A stretch of 43,354 nt of DNA from a virus (taxonomy: Duplodnaviria > Caudoviricetes), in IMG/VR virus record IMGVR_UViG_3300021411_000013, positions 1 to 43,354 of that record. One strand, written 5' to 3'. Under the pieces are notes generated by a model, which saw only the letters and a list, made by a program, of their open reading frames with translations, had not been told where the DNA came from and searched no databases. Within the stretch, counting starts at the first letter, position 1. Each line of letters begins with the position of its first letter. Shown here in pieces: positions 26,365 through 34,226 of the stretch. The position numbers were made by a program, and so were the translations under genes.

Positions 26365-26613
26365 ATGAGCAAGGAAGACGACGCCCGCCGCGCTCACGAG
26401 CAGCTGCAGCGTCAGCTGGAAGAGCGACGTCGCCGAGAAGCCGATCGTCAACGTCAAGCGGAGCAGGCTCGCCAGCGGCTGCAGCGTCAACTGGACGAGC
26501 GTCGCCAGCGGGAAGCCAACGAGGCTCGTCGCAGGCAGCACGAGGAGCAGGCCCGCGAAGCTGCCCGGCGTCGCGATGAGATCAAGCGCAACGAACGAAA
26601 GGGTGGCTCGTGA
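26365..26613 (+). CDS. E/R/Q-rich single-alpha-helix protein (82 aa)
   Basis: GGAG RBS; LQRQL(E/D)ERR internal repeat. Confidence 0.7.
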   Translation: MSKEDDARRAHEQLQRQLEERRRREADRQRQAEQARQRLQRQLDERRQREANEARRRQHEEQAREAARRRDEIKRNERKGGS

Positions 26614-26834
26614 TCCTTGAAGGCATCGCCGAAGCGATCGTCGGCTGCGCAAAGGCCGCTGTAGGCGTCGCTAACGTCATCCAACGCTTCGCGGACGCGA
26701 TGGCCCCAGAGCCCACGGACGCGGCCCCCTACGTGCTCCTGAGGGGCGAAGAGGTGTCGTACGAAGAGGCGGAGCCGAGCACGGACCACCTTGAGGACGC
26801 AGAGCCAGAGTTCAAGATCGGGTTCCGGTCGTGA
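26610..26834 (+). CDS. Hypothetical protein
   Basis: GTGA coupling; ends IGF motif. Confidence 0.6.
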   Translation: MILEGIAEAIVGCAKAAVGVANVIQRFADAMAPEPTDAAPYVLLRGEEVSYEEAEPSTDHLEDAEPEFKIGFRS

Positions 26835-27001
26835 GCGGCGGGGAGACAGTGGGGGTCTGCACAAGATGCGACCACCAGCTTGAATACGGCACCCTCGTGT
26901 TCACCTTGGCGGCACAGAGTTACCGGGAGCGTCAGGTGGCGCACCTGTGTCAGCAGTGCACAGAGGAGCTGCAGCGCTGGATTGACGATGGGGGCAAGTG
27001 A
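26831..27001 (+). CDS. Small CxxC...CxxC zinc-ribbon protein (56 aa)
   Basis: VCTRCD...HLCQQCTEELQRWI; coupled to both neighbours. Confidence 0.6.
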   Translation: MSGGETVGVCTRCDHQLEYGTLVFTLAAQSYRERQVAHLCQQCTEELQRWIDDGGK

Positions 27002-27207
27002 TGGCGACCACGCTCTGGAAGCTGGACGCGAAGCACGAGCCCCCAGTGTGGCGCCCCATCGGCACAGGCGACCTTGCCTACTGCCGTCCGGGCGACCGTG
27101 TTAGGTTGGACGGACACAGAGGAGAATCGGACTTCGGCGCACGGGAGGCAGCGGTTGGCGCTGCCGTGATGCGGGGAGTCCTTGTGGACAGGAGAGTTGA
27201 AGCATGA
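27001..27207 (+). CDS. Hypothetical protein
   Basis: Coupled ORF in the operon. Confidence 0.5.
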   Translation: MATTLWKLDAKHEPPVWRPIGTGDLAYCRPGDRVRLDGHRGESDFGAREAAVGAAVMRGVLVDRRVEA

Positions 27208-27497
27208 AAGACTGGAGAGGCACAGAGATCGTCGTAGGCAGTCTCGTCGCGGTCATCGAAAACAACCGCGTGGACGGAGTGGGCGGCACGCACATGGCAT
27301 GCGGTGAAATCGTCCGGCTGGCTGCCAAGCGGCCGATCGTTCGGATCACGGAACGATCGCAAGAGCAGCGGAACTGGCGTGGCTACTTTCCCCCGTCCGA
27401 TACGGTTCCTAGGGCGCTGGCTCGGGAAAAGGTGACGGTCATCGGACACGTCGCGCCCAAGGCGTTCGAGGCTGTCGTGTGGAGCAAGGATGACTAA
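27204..27497 (+). CDS. Hypothetical protein (SH3/KOW-like MKDWRGTEIVVGSLV)
   Basis: AGGAG RBS; common phage D..G.EI.VG..V start. Confidence 0.7.
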   Translation: MKDWRGTEIVVGSLVAVIENNRVDGVGGTHMACGEIVRLAAKRPIVRITERSQEQRNWRGYFPPSDTVPRALAREKVTVIGHVAPKAFEAVVWSKDD

Positions 27498-27828
27498 CTA
27501 CGACATCGGCCGCCTTACGTCTGGCCCGCTGACGGAGGTTCGCACCGTGCTGTCGCGGGCGGAGACTGCTCTCGCGTGGCTTGAGCACGGCACCGGCAAG
27601 GACGCACAGCTGGAGGTCGAGTCGGCCAGGCGCCACGAAGAGCCTTACGGGGACCGTGTCTACGGACATTTTGACAAGATCGGGTATCAGCCGCGCAGGA
27701 TTGTCACGGACAAGCCGGCCGTAACGATCCCGCACCCGGACCTTGAAGAGATGCGGGACGCCCTGCGCACGACGATCAACGTGCTCCGAAAGTGGGAACG
27801 CACCGGAGCGAAGAAGCGGCCACGATGA
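27490..27828 (+). CDS. Hypothetical protein
   Basis: Coupled ORF, GGAG RBS. Confidence 0.65.
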   Translation: MTNYDIGRLTSGPLTEVRTVLSRAETALAWLEHGTGKDAQLEVESARRHEEPYGDRVYGHFDKIGYQPRRIVTDKPAVTIPHPDLEEMRDALRTTINVLRKWERTGAKKRPR

Positions 27829-28178
27829 GCGCACAACGCGCCAAGGGCACGGCGTGGGAGACCGCTGTCACCCGCTACCTGCAGGACGGCGGTCTGTGGG
27901 CCGAACGCAAGGCCATGACGGTGCCCGACGCTGGCGATGTGAACGTCGGACCCGACGTGGTGACGCTGCAGCTCAAGGCGTACAAAGATCTGACTGCGGC
28001 GCTGCGGGAGGGTGTTGAGGGGGCCGCGATTCAGGGACGGGTGGCTGGGACACCCTGGAACGCGGCTGTGCTGAAGAGGGCGAGGAAGGGCGTGGGAGAT
28101 GCGTACGTGGCGATGACGTTGGCGCAGTATCGAGAGCTGTTGTGGATCTTGGTCCAGCATGACAAGGGTGCGGAGTGA
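27825..28178 (+). CDS. Holliday junction resolvase (Hjc-like PD-(D/E)XK)
   Basis: KGTAWE..V..YL...AER.....D.GDV....Q.K...KR..KG...AYV.MTL motif. Confidence 0.85.
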   Translation: MSAQRAKGTAWETAVTRYLQDGGLWAERKAMTVPDAGDVNVGPDVVTLQLKAYKDLTAALREGVEGAAIQGRVAGTPWNAAVLKRARKGVGDAYVAMTLAQYRELLWILVQHDKGAE

Positions 28179-29017
28179 CCCGGGCGGGGGGTCACGAGCG
28201 TCGTTACGGCCGGTGTGAGTGCGGCAGTGTCGCCAGCGGACCGGCCGGGCTGTGCAAGTCGTGCACGTACGGCATTTGTACGCAATGTGGGGGTAAGGCC
28301 AACGGACCGGCGGGGCTGTGCAAGTCGTGCACGTACGGCATTTGTACGCAATGTGGGGGTAAGGCCAACGGACCGGCGGGGCTGTGCAAGTCGTGCACGT
28401 ACGGAAAGTGCACAATCTGTGGAAACAAGGCCCGCTCCCCGACCGGGCTGTGCTTCTGCTGCCGGTACGGCGCCTGCAAGATCTGTGGAAACAAAGCCAA
28501 CGGACCGGCCGGGCTGTGTACCTCGTGCACGTACGGACCTTGCCAGACCTGTAAAGGCAAGGCCAACGGACCGGCGGGGCTGTGCCAGTCGTGCCGGTAC
28601 GCCGGGCTGCGTCCGTGCACCGTACCGGGCTGCTCGAAGCTCAACGGAACTCGGAGGGGAACTGTCTACCGGGACCTGTGCGACGGTCACGCGACGCGCC
28701 TACGTACCCACGGAGACACCTTCCCAGACGTTCCGATCGGTCACAAGATCCCCGAGACCTGGGAGCAGCGTCCCTCAGTCGTCTACGTCGCCTATGATCT
28801 CCTCGGCACGCCGCTCTACATCGGCTCCTCTTTCGGCGACGGAACCCAGCGCTTCGCTTGGCATCGCAAGTTCCAGCCGTGGGCGTCCGAGATAGCGTCC
28901 TTCAAGATCCACTCTGAGCACCCGACTCGTGGCGAGGCGTTCGTGGCGGAGGCCTCGCTCATACAGGAATGGAGAGCCATGTTCAAGCTCTACAACAAGA
29001 TCGGAGCTGCCGTGTGA
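28175..29017 (+). CDS. GIY-YIG endonuclease with six tandem Cys4 zinc-finger-like repeats
   Basis: 6x C-x(1-2)-C-x10-C-x2-C-x-Y-G repeat, then C..PGC...LC..H..R..THGD Zn motif, then VVYVAY...LYIG...RF.WH...W...A..AE..LI...YN. Confidence 0.85.
   Translation: MTRAGGHERRYGRCECGSVASGPAGLCKSCTYGICTQCGGKANGPAGLCKSCTYGICTQCGGKANGPAGLCKSCTYGKCTICGNKARSPTGLCFCCRYGACKICGNKANGPAGLCTSCTYGPCQTCKGKANGPAGLCQSCRYAGLRPCTVPGCSKLNGTRRGTVYRDLCDGHATRLRTHGDTFPDVPIGHKIPETWEQRPSVVYVAYDLLGTPLYIGSSFGDGTQRFAWHRKFQPWASEIASFKIHSEHPTRGEAFVAEASLIQEWRAMFKLYNKIGAAV
28211..28603 (+). repeat. Coding tandem repeat, 66-bp unit, 6 copies (first copy 63 bp)
   Basis: Unit such as ATTTGTACGCAATGTGGGGGTAAGGCCAACGGACCGGCGGGGCTGTGCAAGTCGTGCACGTACGG; copies 2 and 3 encode identical peptides. 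Confidence 0.95.
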
Positions 29018-31311
29018 CTGACATCCTCGACTACGCCCGCCGCTACACTGCGGCGGGTATGGTCGTCCTGCCGGCTATCCCCGGCACGAAGCGTCCAGCA
29101 GCCGCGTGGAAGACCATCCACGCAACCCCGGATTTCTCCGACCCGATGTGGCTGAACGCCGATCGCATCGGAGTGCTCACCGGTCGCGGCCAAGCAGCTC
29201 TGGTTGTCGTAGACCTCGATAAGAGCGACCACGTAGACGGCAACGTAGAATGGCGGAAGCTGCTCAACTCTCTCCAACTGCCCTATCACGCCCCGCAGGT
29301 CACCACACCCTCGGGTGGCGGTCACGCTTACTACCGCCTGCCGCCGGGGGACACGACCCTGGGCAACAGCGTCAAGGTGCTGCCAGGGATCGACATCCGT
29401 AAGGACGGGGGCTACGCGGTTCTGCCCGGCAGCGATGGCTATGCGTTCGCTGCCGGGGTCACCCCCGAGTCCCTAGTCACCACGGCTCCGATGATGTCTC
29501 CGGCCCTCATCGAAGCCCTGTCCCGCAAAACCAGCGTGGCGACCCGAGCCCCGTCTCAACTGGCAGCTTCCATCTACGCACTCCGCCTCATCCGGAACCC
29601 AGCCGCGACGATCGACAAGGCGATCGATGACTACCTTGCCAGCGCGGCCCCTGGAAACTTCAACGATCGCGGCTTGTGGCTGATGTGCCGCGTAGCTGAG
29701 CTGGACGAAGCCCAGCCTGGCATCGCAGAGGCAACGTTCCCCCGTCTCCTGGACACCTTCCGGCAGGCGGGCAGCGTTCTCCCGGCCGGTGAGTACGAGA
29801 GCATGTGGCATCGCGCCAAGGACATGTCCGCCGGTTCCCTGGACATCGCGGGTGCTTGCCAGCTTCTACGCAAAGCCCAGAACCTCAGCTTGCCGGCCCC
29901 GGCCGACCCAATCGATGTGGACGCGATATTGTTTTCTGTCACCGATGCGAACAATGCGGCCGCTCTCCACCGAGTGGTAGACGGGGGCATCGCGTACAGC
30001 CATGGGGCCAGCTGGCGCGTGTACACAGGCCATGGTTGGGTGGACGACCCTGACGCCCGGCGCATCCGCACCCGCTGGTATCAGCTGCACGAACAGGTAG
30101 AGGACACGGTCCGGGCGGAGCTGCAGCTTGAAACCGTGGACACTGCTGCCCTGATGCGCAAGTACAACGCCTCCGCCAAGCTGAAATCAGCAAAGGCTGC
30201 CGACGACATGGTGTCCAAGCTTCGGGACATCCCAGGCGTCTACGTCGACGACGATGCCTGGGACTCCGACCCGTGGAAACTGGCTTTCCTCAATGGGGTG
30301 GTCGACCTTCGGGACGGCTCCCTCGAACCTTGGCACACGGGTCTCCGGTTCACCAAAGTCATCCCGCACGACTACGACCCTGCCGCGAAGTGCCCAGCCT
30401 GGCAGCAGCAGCTGGCGGACACCTTCCTAGATCACCCGGAGGTCACCGAATATATCCGTCGCATGCTGGGCTATTCGATCACGGGGTCTGTCCGGGAGCA
30501 AAAGTTCTGGGTCTTCCATGGAGTCGGGGGGACCGGCAAGTCCAGCTTGATGGAAGTCGTCGGGGGCGTCCTCAAACCGATGTTCCGCAGTATCAACGTG
30601 CAGGCGTTCGTGGCCACCGGGGACAACAACCCTGAGCTTGCTTCGATGCCCGGCATGCGCATCGCTTTCGTGGACGAGGGGGAGCTAAGCGTCGGTCAGC
30701 TGCAGTCCGGCGTCCTGAAAAAGTTCACAGGGTCTAGGGACTTCACCGCGTCCGCAAAGTACAAAAACCCCGTAACCTTCGAGATTACCGCTAAGCTGGT
30801 CATCTCAGCAAACTCCCGACTCACTATCCCAACGTCCGACGATGCTGTGTGGCGTCGTCTCCGCCCTGTCGAGTTCCTGCACAAGGTGCCTGACTCGACC
30901 AAGGATCTCAACCGCGTGGCGAACCTCATCCGCGACGAGGGTCCAGGTATCCTCGCGTGGCTGGTCCGGGCCGCCCAAGACTGGTATGCCACCGGCCTTG
31001 AGGAGCCTCCGATCATCACGGAGTGGCTGGAGCAGTATCAACGGGAGACGGATCCCTTGGACGAGTGGCTAGGGATGGTCACCGCTCCGACCGGAACCCC
31101 CACCCGACTGTGCAGCCCAGCGGGAGCTGTCTACTTACACTACGTGACGTATATGGACACGATGGGGATGGCGCGAGCGGCGTGGGGACGTCCTCGGCTG
31201 ATGAAGGAACTGGACGCGCGGGGCTTCAAGGGCCAGAAAAGTGACGGCCGACGGGTGCTGAATGGGATTCGTGTGACATCTGGTCACGACCCAGATGCTG
31301 TGAGTAGCTGA
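29014..31311 (+). CDS. Bifunctional primase-polymerase / D5 (P4-family) SF3 helicase
   Basis: IGVLTG..LVVVDLD, TPSGGGHAYY, IDIR..GGY (PrimPol); NGVVDL, GVGGTGKS Walker A, FVDE, LKKFTG, AVWRRL. Confidence 0.93.
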   Translation: MTDILDYARRYTAAGMVVLPAIPGTKRPAAAWKTIHATPDFSDPMWLNADRIGVLTGRGQAALVVVDLDKSDHVDGNVEWRKLLNSLQLPYHAPQVTTPSGGGHAYYRLPPGDTTLGNSVKVLPGIDIRKDGGYAVLPGSDGYAFAAGVTPESLVTTAPMMSPALIEALSRKTSVATRAPSQLAASIYALRLIRNPAATIDKAIDDYLASAAPGNFNDRGLWLMCRVAELDEAQPGIAEATFPRLLDTFRQAGSVLPAGEYESMWHRAKDMSAGSLDIAGACQLLRKAQNLSLPAPADPIDVDAILFSVTDANNAAALHRVVDGGIAYSHGASWRVYTGHGWVDDPDARRIRTRWYQLHEQVEDTVRAELQLETVDTAALMRKYNASAKLKSAKAADDMVSKLRDIPGVYVDDDAWDSDPWKLAFLNGVVDLRDGSLEPWHTGLRFTKVIPHDYDPAAKCPAWQQQLADTFLDHPEVTEYIRRMLGYSITGSVREQKFWVFHGVGGTGKSSLMEVVGGVLKPMFRSINVQAFVATGDNNPELASMPGMRIAFVDEGELSVGQLQSGVLKKFTGSRDFTASAKYKNPVTFEITAKLVISANSRLTIPTSDDAVWRRLRPVEFLHKVPDSTKDLNRVANLIRDEGPGILAWLVRAAQDWYATGLEEPPIITEWLEQYQRETDPLDEWLGMVTAPTGTPTRLCSPAGAVYLHYVTYMDTMGMARAAWGRPRLMKELDARGFKGQKSDGRRVLNGIRVTSGHDPDAVSS

Positions 31312-31500
31312 CAGGGACGTACAGGGACGCGACAGGGACGTAAATTTCGGCTGTTTGTCCCTGCCTCAAACCATGGTCTAGCTGCAGTTATACCCTCGAC
31401 AGGGACGTACAGGGACGTAAATCCCCCGGTTATTTCTAGAGAGAGATTTTCTAGGATAGTTTCCAAAGAACACCCCGATTTTGTCCCTGTGCGTCCCTGT
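31311..31500. repeat. Putative replication origin: (A)CAGGGAC iterons, 5 direct and 3 inverted, around an AT-rich core
   Basis: Forward at 31311, 31321, 31332, 31399, 31409; reverse at 31357, 31483, 31493; AT-rich 31430-31470. Confidence 0.8.
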
Positions 31501-31573
31501 GCTTAAAGTAGTCAGACAGCTACACACTGAAGTGGCTCGCCGCAGTCACACACAGCGACCCTCACGCCCCCGC

Positions 31574-31602
31574 TTGACACACCCCCCGAGCCATGCAACA
31601 AT
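31574..31602 (+). promoter_or_regulatory. Promoter TTGACA-N17-AACAAT with TGn extension
   Basis: Consensus -35 with 17-nt spacing, upstream of an AAGGAG RBS. Confidence 0.7.
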
Positions 31603-31632
31603 GAACCCAACGCCCACCAAACAAGGAGAGCC

Positions 31633-32196
31633 ATGATTTACCCAGAAGGCACCACTGTCCGCGCCGTTGCGGCGGACGAGATCCGTACCCGGAATTCCCG
31701 GGGGGCGTGGTTCCGCGAAGACGGCCGCGCAACCAACAACGACCGAGGCGTGACGGATGGTCTCCGCTCCGGATTCTACGATCAGCTCACCCTGCCGACC
31801 ACGTACGCCTACTCGCCCGGAGATGTCCTGAAGAACAGCAACGGCAGCGTGTTCGTCGTCAGCAAAGATCACCGCGCGTACTGCGTGGAGGAAGACCTCA
31901 CCGCAACCGGCAGCAACTGGATATCCATCCCAGCTGCCGGCCGCAAGTCCTTCTTGGATGTCACCCACGTCAACGACGTCCCCATCGTCCCGCCGAACCC
32001 CCTGGACGAGGCTGCCACCGGCTCTCTCGCGCACTCCGACATCATGAACCGCACGTACGTCCGCCTTCCGGACGGTTGGGTCCTGGCCACGGTCGGCTCG
32101 AACACCTCGATCCGTGGCACCCTCAAGGGCGGCGCCAGTGGCGCCCGTATCTACGCGACTTCCGATCTCCCCTCCGACACAAAGTTGGTGAAGTGA
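31633..32196 (+). CDS. Hypothetical protein built from short P.G.V..D/N..G modules
   Basis: AAGGAG RBS; paralogous to the next two genes. Confidence 0.75.
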   Translation: MIYPEGTTVRAVAADEIRTRNSRGAWFREDGRATNNDRGVTDGLRSGFYDQLTLPTTYAYSPGDVLKNSNGSVFVVSKDHRAYCVEEDLTATGSNWISIPAAGRKSFLDVTHVNDVPIVPPNPLDEAATGSLAHSDIMNRTYVRLPDGWVLATVGSNTSIRGTLKGGASGARIYATSDLPSDTKLVK

Positions 32197-32573
32197 TGTC
32201 CGAGTTCAAGCCCGGCGATGTCCTGCATTTCCGAGACAACGACACCACCTACGTCGTTAACACCAAAGGCTACCTATACCAGTCCCGCACCAAGGCGGGC
32301 TATGGCCCCCCGCAGCAGCGCGTGTGGGAGTTGAACTCGGGCGGCCCCGTGACCGTGAACGGAGAGCCGTACGACCCGCCGGTCGACCTCGATGCCCTCC
32401 CCGTCGGCTCTGTCGTCAAGGATGCCGCTGGGGACACGATGGCCAAGTCCGGCGACGGCTGGCTTATCCTCGTCGGCGTCGGTGCCCCCCGCGTCCGGCC
32501 GGGCAGAAACCCTGCTACTCTCTTCCCCTCAAATGCGATCGAGCAGCCCGTCACGGTGGTGTTCAAGCCATGA
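32196..32573 (+). CDS. Hypothetical protein (LDALPVGSVVKDAAGD module)
   Basis: TGATG coupling. Confidence 0.75.
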   Translation: MSEFKPGDVLHFRDNDTTYVVNTKGYLYQSRTKAGYGPPQQRVWELNSGGPVTVNGEPYDPPVDLDALPVGSVVKDAAGDTMAKSGDGWLILVGVGAPRVRPGRNPATLFPSNAIEQPVTVVFKP

Positions 32574-33070
32574 TGCTCGATCCGTTCAAGCGCTACATGG
32601 ACAACGCTGGCGATGTCTGGTCGTACAACGGTTTCTCGTGGGCTTGGGACGACCCGAGGCACCCGGGCGTGGGCACCGACGGATACAACGAGGAGTTTGT
32701 ACTGTCGTGTGGGGTCACCCCGGATCGCGAGATGGGTGACGACCCTTCCCCCGACGCCGACGCTTACAGGGCCCTCCGGTTGGCCAAGGATGCAGCTCTC
32801 CTCGAAGCAAAGCAGCAACGTGACGACGCCCTCGCGGAGCTCTCGTCGCTGCGAGCCGCGACTGCCACCGCATCAATCAGCCCCTTCGAGGTCAACCGCC
32901 TCCCTGTCGGTGCAGTTGTCCGCGACGGCGACGGGGACCTGTACGCCAAGATGTACGGTGGCGCGTGGGTCGTGCTGGAGAGCCCCAACGCCACCGCGTA
33001 CGTGGGCACCGATGACCACGCTCTCGACCTTGTAGAGCCCATCACCGTGATCAGCACCCCCAATGGCTAG
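32570..33070 (+). CDS. Hypothetical protein (LPVGAVVRDGDGD module, central coiled coil)
   Basis: ATGA coupling. Confidence 0.75.
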   Translation: MMLDPFKRYMDNAGDVWSYNGFSWAWDDPRHPGVGTDGYNEEFVLSCGVTPDREMGDDPSPDADAYRALRLAKDAALLEAKQQRDDALAELSSLRAATATASISPFEVNRLPVGAVVRDGDGDLYAKMYGGAWVVLESPNATAYVGTDDHALDLVEPITVISTPNG

Positions 33071-33263
33071 CATCGGCTTCGTCGTCCTGGCGCTCGCACT
33101 GTCCATCGTGGCAGTGCGAGTGTTCCAGGTCACCGATCTCCACCACCTGAAGCGCAAGGCTCGCTATCAGCTTCGCCGGCTGGGCAGTGTGCTCGTGGTC
33201 GCCCTGCTCATCGGGGCGGCGATTCTCGGTTACATCGGACTTCACGGACTGGGAGCACTATAA
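33063..33263 (+). CDS. 2-TM membrane protein
   Basis: Two hydrophobic helices with a basic loop. Confidence 0.65.
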   Translation: MASIGFVVLALALSIVAVRVFQVTDLHHLKRKARYQLRRLGSVLVVALLIGAAILGYIGLHGLGAL

Positions 33264-33586
33264 TGGACGCGTACGCAAAGGTCCGCCGGATGTGGGTGCT
33301 GTCCGACATCCGCGCCGAACTCGAATCTCAGGACGCGAAGTGGGGCGTGCAGAATTACCCGAACGGTACGGGCCTTCCAGGAGACAAGAAGCTTGCGGAT
33401 CGTGCTCGCGCGATATGCGACAAAGCCGACTCGAACGAATTGTTGACGTTCCGTCACATCCTGACGGAGGAGTTCTTCGAAGCTGTCGCTGAGTCGGATC
33501 CCGGCAAGCTGTACGCTGAGCTGATTCAGGTCGCTGCAGTCGCCGCTCAGTGGGCGGAAAAACTCAAACGGGAGCACGGCTCATGA
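33263..33586 (+). CDS. MazG-like nucleotide pyrophosphohydrolase
   Basis: QDAKWG.QN...ILTEEFFEA..E......ELIQVAAVA..W. Confidence 0.8.
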   Translation: MDAYAKVRRMWVLSDIRAELESQDAKWGVQNYPNGTGLPGDKKLADRARAICDKADSNELLTFRHILTEEFFEAVAESDPGKLYAELIQVAAVAAQWAEKLKREHGS

Positions 33587-33969
33587 TCGGCTGCCGCGGT
33601 GGTGCCTCGTGGCCAGGAACCCTTATCAGCCACTGCTCCGCTTGCCACGAGACCTTCTCCTCCGTCTCCACGTTCGACGCGCACCGTCGTAAAGTGAAAT
33701 CTGAGACGTCGAAGTACGTTGCCCGGTGTCTTGACCCTCGGGAGGCAGGTTTGTCGCTTGTAGCCCTCCGCGCAAAGGCAGGACGGGGCATCCTCGTCTG
33801 GCGTGCCCCTGCCGGCGAGCGCCCGAAGCACTGGAGGGCGGCCAAGGACCCAATGGAAGGTCACGACATCGACGCCGGAGGCTGCTGCCGCAAGCCCGGC
33901 TGCGCTTGGTACTCTGATATCGAAGAGGACCGCGTGCACACCGACAGCGACGGAGACCCGATCTTATGA
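33583..33969 (+). CDS. Zinc-binding protein with FDxHR motif
   Basis: HCSACHETFSSVSTFDAHR...CLDP..GL. Confidence 0.75.
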   Translation: MIGCRGGASWPGTLISHCSACHETFSSVSTFDAHRRKVKSETSKYVARCLDPREAGLSLVALRAKAGRGILVWRAPAGERPKHWRAAKDPMEGHDIDAGGCCRKPGCAWYSDIEEDRVHTDSDGDPIL

Positions 33970-34226
33970 CCCCGCTCTCGCACACCGTAAACCTTCGCAA
34001 GCACCGCACCTTCGCTGCCGTCACCCGCGTCGACAAGGAGCACCTGAATCAGAACCCCGACACTCTCCGAACCGTGCAGCGCGAGCTTCTGTGGAAGCTG
34101 GCCGAAGATGTCCGCCGACGCTGCCTCACCTATATCCAGGTCCGCCACGTGTTCTACGAGCTCCACGAGGATCCGCCTCGCGACTTCGTGATCGTCGTGG
34201 TGAAGTGGCGGGAGAGCATGCCGTGA
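33966..34226 (+). CDS. Hypothetical protein
   Basis: ATGA and GTGA coupling on both sides. Confidence 0.6.
   Translation: MTPLSHTVNLRKHRTFAAVTRVDKEHLNQNPDTLRTVQRELLWKLAEDVRRRCLTYIQVRHVFYELHEDPPRDFVIVVVKWRESMP

Noticed and set aside
28211-28603. 66-bp repeats as a CRISPR array or DGR template/variable repeats
   Set aside because: The repeats are contiguous, in frame and coding, with no unique spacers, no reverse transcriptase and no adenine-specific variation.
28204-28644. Antisense His-rich repeat ORF (VHDLHSPAGPLALPPHC)
   Set aside because: It mirrors the plus-strand Cys repeat, has no promoter or RBS, and the plus-strand ORF is coupled to both neighbours.
33803-34222. N-terminal 140-aa extension of PolA in the ORF track
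   Set aside because: It overlaps two better-supported coupled genes; the exonuclease motif starts right after GTG 34223.
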